DNA of 64,000 bases from Candidatus Multivoradales bacterium (lineage in GTDB: Bacteria; Acidobacteriota; Thermoanaerobaculia; Multivoradales; JAHEKO01): the NCBI GenBank assembly GCA_965223155.1, contig CBDCVR010000015.1, positions 32,001 to 96,000 of the forward strand, given 5' to 3'. Each line of letters opens with the position of its first letter. Positions within the stretch are counted from its first letter, which is position 1. A program made the translations under genes and the position numbers. The notes beneath the pieces are model-generated. The model saw nothing but the letters and a program-made list of their open reading frames with translations, searched no databases and was not told where the DNA came from. Positions 27,503 to 38,015 of this stretch are shown piece by piece.

Positions 27503-28996
27503 TTGACTCCACGCACGAGAGCCGATTCGCCGGCGCCCGTACACGAGGCCGATCCACAGCTTGAGGCCGACAGCGTCGGCGGCGCGACCGTCGCGGGCGA
27601 GATCCTTGACGACGGCGAGCGGCCCTGGTGGAACCACGTGCTGCGCGCTCTGGCCCGCCGCCTGCCTTGGGCGCATATCGCCTTCAACTGGGGCCGTGCC
27701 CAGATCCGGCACCGGGCGATTCAGGCACGGCAGCTCCTGAGCCTCCGCCGGCTGCGCCTGTCGGCGGCCTGGATCGGAGTGGAGCTCGCCCGGCAGCGGC
27801 GGCGGAGTGGCGAGGAGCGGCTGACCGTCGCTGTTGACGCCGCATCCTTCTGGGAACCGCTGACCGGCATTGGCTGGTATCTCTACCGCCTGCTCGAGCA
27901 CCTGGCCGACCGCGACGACCTCCGGCTACGGCTCTACGGACCGACCTGCGTCGGTAGCCCCGATCTCGACCCACCCCAGGTCCAGCTGCCGTCTGGACCG
28001 GCCATCGAGTTCGTCCGGCACGACGTACCCGACGGCTTTGTCGTGCCGGGAGGATGGATCATCAAGCTCCTGCGCCGGCTGGAACCCCTCCTGATCGCAC
28101 TTGACCGCAACGAGGTCCTGTTCGCGCCGAACTACTTCTTGCCGCGCCGGTTCGATGCAGCCGGCGGCGCCCGGGTGGCGACCATCCACGACTTGGGTCT
28201 CCGCCGCTTCGCCTGGACGCTCCGCCGCGAGACCATCCTCGAGCTGTCGGACAAGTTGGATCACGCGCTCTTCGAAGCCTCGCGCCTGATCACGGTCAGC
28301 CGGGCGATTCGCGACGAGATGATCGCCGACGGTTTGGCCGGCCCCGGCCAGGACGGCCCGGACGGGAGAATTCACGCCATCCACCACGGCCCCGGCCAGT
28401 TGGCCGCGGTCGAGCCCGGCACCACGCCGGAGGAAACGCCGGCGTCCTTCGCGCTCCACGTCGGCACCATCGAGCCCAGGAAAAACGTGGGTGCGCTGCT
28501 TTCCGCCTGGGAACGGTTGGCCGAGATCGTCGCCGAGCCGCCAACCCTGCTTCTGTGCGGCAAGTTCGGCTGGAAGTCGGAAGAAGTCGCGCGCGCGGTC
28601 GAGCGAGCCGAACGCAAGGGCTGGGCCCGGCACCTGGGCTACGTCACCGACGCCGAGCTGGCCGCCCTCTACCGGGACGCCCGCGTAGTCGTCTTCCCGA
28701 CCCTGTACGAGGGCTTCGGCCTGCCCGCGGTGGAGGCGCTCTGGGCGGAGACGCCGCTGGTTTGTTCCGATCTGGCCGTGCTGCGGGAGGTCACCGGAGG
28801 GGCGGCGGTCTTCGCCGATCCCGGCGATCCGGAGGCCTTCGCCGGCGCGGTAGCCCGGGTACTGGACGACGCCGGCCTTCGCGAGCGGCTCGCCGCCGAA
28901 GGCCGCCAGCGAGTGGCCGAGCTCTCCTGGTCCCGAGCCGCCGAGCGGACGGCCGCGGTCTGGAGGGCGGCGGCGGGGCGCGGAGCGCGGCCGTGA
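27503..28996 (+). CDS. GT4 glycosyltransferase with an N-terminal extension (start uncertain)
   Basis: TGIGWY, TIHD, VGTIEPRKN, YEGFGLPAVEA. Confidence 0.88.
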   Translation: MTPRTRADSPAPVHEADPQLEADSVGGATVAGEILDDGERPWWNHVLRALARRLPWAHIAFNWGRAQIRHRAIQARQLLSLRRLRLSAAWIGVELARQRRRSGEERLTVAVDAASFWEPLTGIGWYLYRLLEHLADRDDLRLRLYGPTCVGSPDLDPPQVQLPSGPAIEFVRHDVPDGFVVPGGWIIKLLRRLEPLLIALDRNEVLFAPNYFLPRRFDAAGGARVATIHDLGLRRFAWTLRRETILELSDKLDHALFEASRLITVSRAIRDEMIADGLAGPGQDGPDGRIHAIHHGPGQLAAVEPGTTPEETPASFALHVGTIEPRKNVGALLSAWERLAEIVAEPPTLLLCGKFGWKSEEVARAVERAERKGWARHLGYVTDAELAALYRDARVVVFPTLYEGFGLPAVEALWAETPLVCSDLAVLREVTGGAAVFADPGDPEAFAGAVARVLDDAGLRERLAAEGRQRVAELSWSRAAERTAAVWRAAAGRGARP

Positions 28997-30141
28997 GCCG
29001 GCCGACGGCGGTCGGCGTCGATCTCAGAGCCCTGGTCGGGCGCCCGACCGGAATCGGTCACTACACCCTGGAGCTCTTGGAGGAGCTGGCGGCCCTCAAT
29101 CGCTACCGGCTGGTGGGCATGGCGCACGCTCCGGTCAGCACGAGGGAGCGGCTGGACCGCGCCGGCGTCGAGCTCGAGGTGCAACGCGCGCCCCTCGGCG
29201 TCCTCTGGCAGCAGGCTCTCGTGCCGCGGCGTCTCGCTCGGGGCGACATCGACGTCTTCTGGTCGCCGGTCATCACGCTTCCGGCCCGGCTGGATCGACC
29301 GGGGGTGATCACCGTGCACGACCTCATTCCGCTGCTCTACCCCGAAACGCAGCGGCTCAAGGTGCGGCTCATCTTCGCCGGCCTGCTCCGACGTTCGATC
29401 GAGATCGCCCACACCGTGGTCGCGGACTCCCGAGCCACCGCCGACGATCTGGTCGAGCAGTTTCCGGCAGCCCGGGGCAAGCTCGCCGTCGTCTATCCCG
29501 GAGTCGCGGACCGTTTCCGGCCGGCGAGCGCGGAGGAAGTCGAAGCGATCCGGACGGACCTGGATCTGCCCGAGGGCTATGTCCTCTTCGTGGGCACTCT
29601 CGAGCCGCGCAAGAACCTGGACCGCCTGCTCGACGCCTGGGAGCGATTGCGCCGGGAGAACCACTCGACGCCACCTCTGGTCGTGGTCGGCGGCTACGGC
29701 TGGAAGAGCCGGCGGCTTACGCGGCGCCTGGAGGCGTTGGGTCCCGCGGGGCTGCGTCACGTCGATGGAGCCGGCCTCGAAGAGCTGGTTCGCTACTACC
29801 AGGGCGCACGCCTGCTGGCGCTACCCTCCCTCTATGAAGGCTTCGGGCTGCCGGCGGCCGAGGCCATGGCCTGTGGCGTGCCGACAGTGGTGGGCGCGGC
29901 TTCCAGCCTGCCCGAAGTGGTCGGCGACGCGGGACTTCAGGTCGATCCGGACGATACTCTGGGACTCGCGAGCGCCATGCGCAAGATCCTCACAGACTCC
30001 GTCCTGACGCATGAGCTCGTCGGGCGCGGCATCGAACGGAGCCGGCGCTTCGACTGGCCGCGCGCTGCCGCCGAGATCGGCGAGATCCTGGATCAGGCAG
30101 CCGCCGGCAGCCCACCGGCGCGGGCCGCGGGCCGGAGCTGA
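28993..30141 (+). CDS. GT4 glycosyltransferase
   Basis: TGIGHY, VGTLEPRKN, YEGFGLPAAEAMACG; GTGA overlap. Confidence 0.92.
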   Translation: MSRPTAVGVDLRALVGRPTGIGHYTLELLEELAALNRYRLVGMAHAPVSTRERLDRAGVELEVQRAPLGVLWQQALVPRRLARGDIDVFWSPVITLPARLDRPGVITVHDLIPLLYPETQRLKVRLIFAGLLRRSIEIAHTVVADSRATADDLVEQFPAARGKLAVVYPGVADRFRPASAEEVEAIRTDLDLPEGYVLFVGTLEPRKNLDRLLDAWERLRRENHSTPPLVVVGGYGWKSRRLTRRLEALGPAGLRHVDGAGLEELVRYYQGARLLALPSLYEGFGLPAAEAMACGVPTVVGAASSLPEVVGDAGLQVDPDDTLGLASAMRKILTDSVLTHELVGRGIERSRRFDWPRAAAEIGEILDQAAAGSPPARAAGRS

Positions 30142-30155
30142 GCCGGAGACGATTC

Positions 30156-31292
30156 ATGAGCTTTCGGATCGGCATCGACGCCCGCAAGTGGAGCGACTAC
30201 GGCATCGGTACCTATGTCCAGAACCTGGTCCGTTCGCTCGCCCAGATCGACGACGAGAACCGCTACTTCATCATCTCGGGCGCGCGGCACCACATGGAGA
30301 TCGCCGAGCTGCCCGAGAATTTTCGCTTCGTCCAGGCGAACGCGGGCGGCTACACCCTGCGGGAGCAGACGTCGATTCCCTGGCGCATCTTCCGGCGTCG
30401 CCTGGATCTCTTCCACGCGACGCACTACGTGCTCCCCTATCTCGTGCCCTCGAAGACCGTGGTCTCGATTCACGACATCATCCACCTGCTCTTCCCGCAG
30501 TTTCTCCCCAACCGATTCGCTTTCTTCTACGCCCAGCGGATGGTGCGCCACAGCCTGGCCCGGGGCGACCGCATCATCACCGACTCGCAGAACACCAAGA
30601 CCGATCTGCTGGCCACCTTCCCGGTGGACGGCCGCAAGATTCGCGTCGTCTACCTCGGCGTGGCCGAACGCTTCCGCGCGCGGGTCGCTCCCGAGGCGAT
30701 TGCCGAGACCTTGGATCGCTTCGACGTTGCCAAGCCCTACGCCCTCTTTGTCGGCAACCCGAAGCCGCACAAGAACCTGGACAACGTCCTGAGGGCCTTC
30801 GCCCGGGCGCTGGCTCTCCAGACGTTCGAGGGCGATCTGGTCTGCGTCGGCGCCGGACCCGAGCAGTCCGAGAAGATCCGGCACGCGGCCGATCGCCTGG
30901 GCTTGGCCGGGCGCCTCCACGTTCTCGGCCGGGTCCCGAGCGCCGACCTTCCTGCGATCTACCAGGGCGCCCGGCTGTTCGTTTATCCGACCCTCTACGA
31001 AGGCTTCGGCTTCCCGGTGGTCGAGGCCATGGCCAGCGGCACCCCGGTCATTACCTCGAACACCTCCGCGCTCAAGGAAATCGCCGAAGGCTACGCCGAT
31101 CTCGTCAATCCCCTCGACGTCGAGGCCATGGCCGAAGCCATTGTGCATTCGATGACCGACGCCGAACATCGCGGCGCCCTGCGCAAGCTGGGCGAGCGCC
31201 GCGCCGCCGACTTCACCTGGGAGGCCACCGCCAAGAAGACGCAGGCGATCTACCAGCGGGTGCTCGGCGCTCCGAACCATGACCCGGCCTGA
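30156..31292 (+). CDS. GT4 glycosyltransferase
   Basis: GIGTY, VGNPKPHKN, YEGFGFPVVEAMASG. Confidence 0.93.
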   Translation: MSFRIGIDARKWSDYGIGTYVQNLVRSLAQIDDENRYFIISGARHHMEIAELPENFRFVQANAGGYTLREQTSIPWRIFRRRLDLFHATHYVLPYLVPSKTVVSIHDIIHLLFPQFLPNRFAFFYAQRMVRHSLARGDRIITDSQNTKTDLLATFPVDGRKIRVVYLGVAERFRARVAPEAIAETLDRFDVAKPYALFVGNPKPHKNLDNVLRAFARALALQTFEGDLVCVGAGPEQSEKIRHAADRLGLAGRLHVLGRVPSADLPAIYQGARLFVYPTLYEGFGFPVVEAMASGTPVITSNTSALKEIAEGYADLVNPLDVEAMAEAIVHSMTDAEHRGALRKLGERRAADFTWEATAKKTQAIYQRVLGAPNHDPA

Positions 31293-32421
31293 GGCCCGCT
31301 GGCCGAGCGTCCGGACCGTCCTCGTCCATGACTGGCTGACCGGGATGCGGGGCGGCGAGAAGGTGCTGGCGGAGATCGCCGCGCTGGCTCCGGACGCCCC
31401 GATCCACACGCTCTTCCATTTTCCCGGAGCGCTCAGCCCCGAGCTCGAGCGCCGCCGGATCGTCACCAGCCGCCTGCAACCGCTGGCACGGGCGGTGCCC
31501 AACTACCGCTATCTGCTGCCTCTCTTTCCGAGCGCGATCGAATCACTGGACCTGGCTGGGTACGACCTCGTCGTCTCGGTCAGCCATTCCTTTGCCAAGA
31601 GCGTGCGCCGGGCGCCGGGCGCGATCCACGTCTGCTACTGCAACACCCCCGTACGCTACGCCTGGGACCAGCAAGACGCCTACTTTCCGCGCGGCGGCGG
31701 CCTGGCCGCCGCGCTCCGCCGCCGCTATCTGGCGCGGCTGCGCCGCTGGGACGTAGCGACGGCGCCGCGGGTCGACCACTACCTCGCCAACTCCAGCTTC
31801 ATCGCCGAACGCATCCGGAAGTACTACGGCCGCGAGGCCACCGTGCTCCATCCGCCGGTCGACGTCGAGTTCTTTCGGCCGGAGGAGAGAGACCGCGAGC
31901 CCTTCGCGCTGGTCGCTTCGGCTCTGGTGCCGTACAAGCGCATCGATCTCGCCATCGAGGCCTGCCGCCGCCTAGAGCTGCCGCTCAAGATCGTCGGCAC
32001 GGGCCCGGAGCGGGCGCGACTCGAGCGGCTTGCCGGCGGCGGCGTGGAGTTCCTGGGCTGGACCGAGCCCGAACGGCTGCGGGATCTGCTGCAACGCGCC
32101 GCGGTCTTTCTCCAGCCCGGAGTCGAGGACTTCGGAATCGCGCCCGTCGAGGCCCTGGCCTGCGCGTGTCCGGTCGTCGCTCTCGGAGAGGGAGGGGTGC
32201 GGGACATCGTCGCCGATCGCCGGCACGGAGTCCTCTACCAACCGGCCGACGATGCCGAGGCTCTGGCGGGAGCGATTGACAAATGTCGGCAAACGCGCTT
32301 CAATTTTCTGGATCTTAGGCAGCGGGCGGAAGCCTTCTCGAGGCAACGCTTTCGCGAAGGTCTGCTCCAAGCCTTGGATCGAGCCATCCACAAACTGGCC
32401 GCTTCGGAAGAGCCTTCGTGA
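31279..32421 (+). CDS. GT4 glycosyltransferase (WbaZ-like)
   Basis: HDWLTGMRGGEKVL, LVPYKR, EDFGIAPVEA. Confidence 0.92.
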   Translation: MTRPEARWPSVRTVLVHDWLTGMRGGEKVLAEIAALAPDAPIHTLFHFPGALSPELERRRIVTSRLQPLARAVPNYRYLLPLFPSAIESLDLAGYDLVVSVSHSFAKSVRRAPGAIHVCYCNTPVRYAWDQQDAYFPRGGGLAAALRRRYLARLRRWDVATAPRVDHYLANSSFIAERIRKYYGREATVLHPPVDVEFFRPEERDREPFALVASALVPYKRIDLAIEACRRLELPLKIVGTGPERARLERLAGGGVEFLGWTEPERLRDLLQRAAVFLQPGVEDFGIAPVEALACACPVVALGEGGVRDIVADRRHGVLYQPADDAEALAGAIDKCRQTRFNFLDLRQRAEAFSRQRFREGLLQALDRAIHKLAASEEPS

Positions 32422-33848
32422 TCAACCGACGGTACCGACTGATCAGCTTCGTTCACCTACTGAGCGACATCGTCGCCATGGTGGTGGCGTTCCTGTTGGC
32501 CTGGCAGCTGCGCTTTGCTACGGACCTGATTCCGTTCACAAGCTCGCACCAACCCGAGTTCGAGCGCTACCTGCGGCTGCTGCCCGCGGCCCTCGTGCTA
32601 TGGACCATCGTCTTCTACTTTCACGGCTTGTACCGGGCCCGCCGCGGCCGGAGTGGCGTCGACGAGGCGCTGACGGTCGCGGTCGCGGCCATTCTGGGTG
32701 TGGTCCTACTGTCCGTGTACACGGTCTGGAACCAAGATATCCAGATCATCAACGACGTACCCGTGCCTTTCACCTACAGCCGGGCGTTCTTGGGCCTTTT
32801 CGCCGCGCTGGACGTGCTTCTGGCGGTCGCCGGCCGGCTCGTCATTCGCTCCTACCTGCGTCGCATGCGCCGGCAAGGCCGCAACCTGCAGCGCATCCTG
32901 ATCGCGGGAGCCGGAGTGCTCGGCCAAGACGTGGCGCGCAAGCTGGCGGCCCACGAGGAGCTCGGCTTCGAGCTGGTGGGGTTCCTGGACGACGATCCGG
33001 CCAAGGCCGAAGGCTCCGAGCTGCCGGTCCTGGGAACCCTGGACGACGTCGACGAGTGCCTCCACGCCAACGCCATCGATCAGGTCTACGTCGCCATGCC
33101 GCTCGAGGCCCATGCGCGGATCCTGGAAGTCCTGCGGGTCATCGGCGGCGAGTGCGTCGAGGTCAAGATGGTGCCGGACATCCTCCAGTACGCGACCTTG
33201 CGCGCCGAGTTCGAGGACCTGGACGGCACACCGGTCATCAACCTCTCCCAGGTGCCGCTCCGTGGCTGGAGCAGCTTGATCAAGCGAGTCATGGACATGG
33301 CGATCGCGGCCACGGCCCTGGCCGGCCTCCTGCCCTTCCTGCCGCTCCTGGCGGCAGCCATCTGGCTCGAAGACAAGGGTCCGATCTTCTACCGGCAGGA
33401 GCGCATGGGACTGGACGGCAAGCCGTTCTGGATCTGGAAGTTCCGCTCCATGCGCGCCAATGCCGAGTCGTCCTCAGGACCGGTCTGGGCGGTCAAGGAC
33501 GACCCCAGGCGGACCTACATCGGCGCCTTCCTCCGGCGCTGGTCCCTGGACGAGCTGCCGCAGCTTTGGAACGTGCTCAAGGGCGAGATGTCGATCGTCG
33601 GGCCGCGGCCGGAGCGCCCCGCGTTCGTCCATGAGTTCAAGAGCCAGATCCCGCAGTACATGCTGCGTCACCGCGTCAAGGCCGGCATCACCGGCTGGGC
33701 TCAGGTTCACGGCTGGCGCGGCAACACGTCGATCCGCAAGCGCATCCAGTACGACCTCTACTACATCGAGAACTGGTCGCTGGGCCTCGACATCAAGATC
33801 CTGTGGATGACGCTCCGGCACGGCTTGCGGCACCACAACGCGTACTGA
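32418..33848 (+). CDS. Undecaprenyl-phosphate glucose phosphotransferase (WcaJ-type priming transferase)
   Basis: KFRSM, SLDELPQLWNVLKGEMSIVGPRPE, GITGWAQV, DLYYIENWS. Confidence 0.93.
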   Translation: MINRRYRLISFVHLLSDIVAMVVAFLLAWQLRFATDLIPFTSSHQPEFERYLRLLPAALVLWTIVFYFHGLYRARRGRSGVDEALTVAVAAILGVVLLSVYTVWNQDIQIINDVPVPFTYSRAFLGLFAALDVLLAVAGRLVIRSYLRRMRRQGRNLQRILIAGAGVLGQDVARKLAAHEELGFELVGFLDDDPAKAEGSELPVLGTLDDVDECLHANAIDQVYVAMPLEAHARILEVLRVIGGECVEVKMVPDILQYATLRAEFEDLDGTPVINLSQVPLRGWSSLIKRVMDMAIAATALAGLLPFLPLLAAAIWLEDKGPIFYRQERMGLDGKPFWIWKFRSMRANAESSSGPVWAVKDDPRRTYIGAFLRRWSLDELPQLWNVLKGEMSIVGPRPERPAFVHEFKSQIPQYMLRHRVKAGITGWAQVHGWRGNTSIRKRIQYDLYYIENWSLGLDIKILWMTLRHGLRHHNAY

Positions 33849-33878
33849 CCGCCGCCGCGCCCGGCCCCGGCCCCGGAG

Positions 33879-35957
33879 TCAGGCCGACTTGCGTAGCGCG
33901 CGCCGGGCCTCGTCGAGCGCCGAGCGCACCTGGTCCAGATCCTCACCGTCCACTTCGGTGCCGGCGAAGCTCTCCCGCAGGTAGGCACGCACCACCGTAC
34001 GCGTGGCGGTACTGGCTTCGGGATGGCGGTTCGCCAGCTCCCGACCGAGCTCGGCCGGAGGCGTCCAGGGCGCGATCTCATGCCGGCGGCTGGCACTGGC
34101 GCGGAGCTCTCGGTAGGCACGAGTTGCCGAAAATCGCTCCCGCCGGCGAAGGATCCAGATCCCCACTCCCAGAAGCACCACCACCAGGGGCGCCGCGCGC
34201 CAGCCGGGCAGGGCAAACGAGGCTTCGCGATCCTTGGCTGGCTCCTCCTCGGCGGTCTCGGACTCGGCCGTCTGGCCGCTCTCCGGCCGGCCACCGGCGT
34301 CGTCGCGCCGGAACCAGTCCCAGATGCCGGCGACCACGTCGCGGAACCGGAAGAGCGCGTTGACCTGATCGGAAAAGCCGTAGGTCAAGACGTACCGGTC
34401 CCAGCGAAATACGAGGTAGTCGTAGGCCTGCTCGGCGAGGGTCAGCCAGCCGCTCCGTCCCGATTGAGGCCGGGCGTCGGCGGGCGTCGGGTCGAAGACC
34501 AGCCAGCCCCGGCCGGGCACGAAGGCCTCGACCCAGGCGTGCGCGTTCGACCGCCGCACCATGAAGTACTCCTCGAGCGGGTTGTAGTCGGCGCCCAGAA
34601 AGCCGGTCGCGAGCCGCGCCTCGATCCCCTGCGAACGGAGCATCAGTACCATGGCGCTGGCAAAGAGCTCGCAGTGGCCCCGGCGAGTCTCGAACAGAAA
34701 CTGCTCGACCGGAGCCTCGCCGTCGTTGACGAAGTCCGAGGTGTACACGTACTCCGACTGGAGGTGCGCTTCGAGCCGCCCGATGCGCTCGGCCGGATCC
34801 ACGGAATCTCCCAACACCGTTGCCGCCAGGGCGGCGGTTCGCGGCGATAGGCCGCTGGTGTCGAGAAGGGCGCTCCGGTCGGGATTGCGCGAGCCGATCC
34901 GGCTGGCCACGGGCGCGACCTGGAGCCCTGCCCGGTACTCGCCGGTGCCCGTTCGGGGAAAGAGAAGCCGGGCGGCGCCGGCTTCATCGACCACGACCCC
35001 GTTGCGGACGACGTCCACGGCCGTGGTCTCGACTGGCAACGCCAGCCTGGAGTTCAAGTTCTTGGCCCAGACCTGGATCCACGTCTGCGGCCGGCCGGCG
35101 CCGAGGCGGAAGAAGCCGTCGCGCTCACGGCTGAGGGGCACCGTGCGCCGGGCGCCGCGGCGCCAGCCGCCCCGGGTGAAGCGGTCGTAGGTTTCGACTT
35201 TGAAGCGCAGCTCGCGAATCGGAGTCGGGGTTTCGTAGCGATACCGGAACACGACCGTGCGCAGCGAGCGAGCCCGCTCGATCGCCCCAAAGTCGAGCCG
35301 ATCGGAGAAGCCCGTAACCTGGACCGCGCTGGTCAGCGCGCCGCCAGGGACGTAGACGTAGGGCTGCTTGAGGCGGGGCAGAAAGAAGAAGAGGGGAATC
35401 GTCGCCAGGAGCGCGACTCCGAGAATCGCCAGCACGACCCTGCCGGCGGGAACCGTGCTCCCGCCCTCGGCCGGGTTCGCCGCCAGGGCGTCGTAGCCGG
35501 CAAACCGGACCAGCGTCAAGACCGCCAGCCCCGAGAAGGCGACCAGGTAGACAAGCACCGCCGGATGGACGCTGGTGCCCATCGACGCCAGGAACAAGAA
35601 GAAGACTCCCAAGAGCAAGTGCCACTTGTCCTTCTCGCGCCGGATGGCGAAGAACTTGATCGCGAGAGCGTAGAAGGCCAGGTGAATCAAAGGCTGCAGG
35701 ATCCTGCCCTGGCGCAAGACCGTCAGATCGGCGAACAGGAACGGCAGGTAGGCGAGTCCCAGAACGTTCATCAGCCAATTCGGGAGTGCCGCCGTCTGGC
35801 CGGCCAGCGCCCGCCGCCAGAAGAGCGCGACCACGAAACAGAAAGCCAGCACCGACGGCCAGCCGACCACCTCGTTGAAAGGCAGGGGCAGCGGCGCCAG
35901 CATGGCCAACGCCGCCAGCAGCGTCGCCTTGTCCCGGAAGAACCTCACGAGGCCCAT
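33879..35957 (-). CDS. DUF3488 + transglutaminase-like membrane protein (TgpA-like)
   Basis: N-terminal TM segments; GHCELFASA, HAWVE and DPT catalytic triad motifs. Confidence 0.9.
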   Translation of the reverse strand: MGLVRFFRDKATLLAALAMLAPLPLPFNEVVGWPSVLAFCFVVALFWRRALAGQTAALPNWLMNVLGLAYLPFLFADLTVLRQGRILQPLIHLAFYALAIKFFAIRREKDKWHLLLGVFFLFLASMGTSVHPAVLVYLVAFSGLAVLTLVRFAGYDALAANPAEGGSTVPAGRVVLAILGVALLATIPLFFFLPRLKQPYVYVPGGALTSAVQVTGFSDRLDFGAIERARSLRTVVFRYRYETPTPIRELRFKVETYDRFTRGGWRRGARRTVPLSRERDGFFRLGAGRPQTWIQVWAKNLNSRLALPVETTAVDVVRNGVVVDEAGAARLLFPRTGTGEYRAGLQVAPVASRIGSRNPDRSALLDTSGLSPRTAALAATVLGDSVDPAERIGRLEAHLQSEYVYTSDFVNDGEAPVEQFLFETRRGHCELFASAMVLMLRSQGIEARLATGFLGADYNPLEEYFMVRRSNAHAWVEAFVPGRGWLVFDPTPADARPQSGRSGWLTLAEQAYDYLVFRWDRYVLTYGFSDQVNALFRFRDVVAGIWDWFRRDDAGGRPESGQTAESETAEEEPAKDREASFALPGWRAAPLVVVLLGVGIWILRRRERFSATRAYRELRASASRRHEIAPWTPPAELGRELANRHPEASTATRTVVRAYLRESFAGTEVDGEDLDQVRSALDEARRALRKSA

Positions 35958-36988
35958 CTCCTTGCCTGACCGGAAGCCTCCGGACCCGGCGGCTCGGCCC
36001 AGCCCAGGCGCAGCTCGGCCGAGCCCGTCCGTCCCCGCCAGAGGGGCGCTGGCCGCCGCGAAACGGCCTCGACCACTGCCAGAGCGGTCAGCAGGCGCTG
36101 ACGCTGGTGGCGACCGCGGCCGAAAGGGATCTCGTCTTCGCGGGTTCTCAGCGCAACGTCGAATCCCAGATCCAGATAATGCTCCGCGGCGCTAGCCGCC
36201 TCGCTCACCAGCCGCTCGAAGCGTTCTTCGGCGGGCAGGTCTTCGAGCGGCCCGACGGCGTTGTCCAGAACGATGGACAGGCGCCGGCCGTGCTCGGCCT
36301 CGCGCTCCATGTAGATGAGCTCGCCGGTGCGGGCGGTGCGCTTCCAGTGGATGCCCCGGGGATCGTCGCCGGGCTGAAACTCGCGTAGCCGACGCAACTC
36401 ATGACTCCAACCGATGCGCCGGGACGGGTCGTCGCCGGCTCGTCCCGGATCCACGAACTCCATCCCGGCCGCCGGATAGATTTCAGGAAATACCAGGACC
36501 TCGAGTTCCACCGGAAACCGCATCGCCTTGTCGAAGAGCCCGAGGGGAAACACCGAGGAGACGCGCAGGTAGGGAAAGCGATGCCGCCCCCTGCGCTTGA
36601 TCAGGAAGGCAAAGCGGCCGTTGCGGCTCCCTCGGCGCGGCAGAAAGGGGATGAGCGTGTCTTCGGCCTCGTCGATGCCGCCGACCTTGAGGAGCCGCCG
36701 GCCCAGCCAGCGATCCTGGTTGGCCACCGCGAGCGGAACAGAGAACACCTGGCCGGCATGGGCTTCCGGCGGAGCGCCGAACTCCAGTCGGAGGCGAGAC
36801 AGGTTGCGCTTCGACAGGATGCCGGAAACTGCGAGCACCGCCAAGAGCAGCGACTCGACCAGGTAGAGTGCGTTGTTCCCGGTATTGGCCGCGGCCACGC
36901 CCACCACCAGCGCCAGCAGGATGTACCAGACTCCGACCTTGGTGATCCGGACCCGTTCGAGCCGGGGCCGTGGCGCGCGGTTGGACAC
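35945..36988 (-). CDS. DUF58 protein
   Basis: FPLGL, LREFQPGDDPRGIHWKRTAR. Confidence 0.9.
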   Translation of the reverse strand: MSNRAPRPRLERVRITKVGVWYILLALVVGVAAANTGNNALYLVESLLLAVLAVSGILSKRNLSRLRLEFGAPPEAHAGQVFSVPLAVANQDRWLGRRLLKVGGIDEAEDTLIPFLPRRGSRNGRFAFLIKRRGRHRFPYLRVSSVFPLGLFDKAMRFPVELEVLVFPEIYPAAGMEFVDPGRAGDDPSRRIGWSHELRRLREFQPGDDPRGIHWKRTARTGELIYMEREAEHGRRLSIVLDNAVGPLEDLPAEERFERLVSEAASAAEHYLDLGFDVALRTREDEIPFGRGRHQRQRLLTALAVVEAVSRRPAPLWRGRTGSAELRLGWAEPPGPEASGQARRWAS

Positions 36989-36997
36989 GCCCGCGCG

Positions 36998-37960
36998 CTA
37001 CAGAGGTACCGGCACGGCGCGCACGGTAGCGGCGATCGCTTCCCGGCACGCCTCCAGCGAATTCGAACCGCTCTTCAGCACCACTCGGTGCGCAAGAACC
37101 GGCGCCGCCAGGCTCTGGACGTCATCCGGAATCACGAAGTCGCGACCCTCGCACAGAGCCATGGCCTGGGCCGCGCGTAGGAACCCTTGGACGCCGCGGG
37201 TCGAAACACCGAGCAGAAACTGCGGCGAGGTCCGCGTGTGCTCGGCGATGGCCAGAACGTAGTCGGCGATCTTCTCCACCACCGTAACCCTGGCCGCCGC
37301 CCGCTGGAGCTCGAGAATCTCCTCGCCCGTGACCGCCGGGCCGAGCTCGGCCAACCGCTCGCGCACGCCGCCGCTCAGGAGCAGCTCTTTTTCCTCGGCC
37401 TGAGGCGGATAGCCCAGATGGAGCGACATCAGAAACCGGTCGAGCTGCGATTCGGGCAGCGGAAACGTGCCGACGTATTCGAGCGGGTTCTGGGTCGCCA
37501 ACACCACGAACGGCTCCGGCAGATCATGGCGCGACCGGTCTACCGTGACCTGGCGCTCGCTCATGGCTTCCAGCAAGGCCGACTGGGTCTTGGGGCTGGT
37601 GCGATTGATCTCGTCGGCCAGAACGACGTTGGCGAAGATCGGCCCGGGCACGAACTCGAACTCCTGCCGGTTCTGGCGGAAGACCGAAACCCCCAGGATG
37701 TCCGACGGCAGGAGGTCGGAGGTGAACTGGATGCGCTGGAAGGCCAGGCCGAGGGACCGCGCCAGGGCCTGCGCCAGGGTGGTCTTGCCGACGCCGGGCA
37801 CGTCCTCGATCAGCATGTGTCCACGCGCCAGCAGGCAGACGACCGCCTGCCGGATCACCGACCGCTTGCCGCGCACCACGGTCGCGACCTGATCCTCGAG
37901 CCGGCCGACGATTTCGCCGGCGATGCGCTCGGTCTGGGCTGGCAGGGTGGAAAGGCTCAT
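36998..37960 (-). CDS. MoxR-family AAA+ ATPase
   Basis: EDVPGVGKT, RIQFTSDLLPSD, DEINR, ATQNP, LPESQLDRF. Confidence 0.95.
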   Translation of the reverse strand: MSLSTLPAQTERIAGEIVGRLEDQVATVVRGKRSVIRQAVVCLLARGHMLIEDVPGVGKTTLAQALARSLGLAFQRIQFTSDLLPSDILGVSVFRQNRQEFEFVPGPIFANVVLADEINRTSPKTQSALLEAMSERQVTVDRSRHDLPEPFVVLATQNPLEYVGTFPLPESQLDRFLMSLHLGYPPQAEEKELLLSGGVRERLAELGPAVTGEEILELQRAAARVTVVEKIADYVLAIAEHTRTSPQFLLGVSTRGVQGFLRAAQAMALCEGRDFVIPDDVQSLAAPVLAHRVVLKSGSNSLEACREAIAATVRAVPVPL

Positions 37961-38015
37961 GTCTGATGTTCCTTACGTACGGGACCGGAATTCCGTTGCC
38001 TTCGATCTCGGATGG

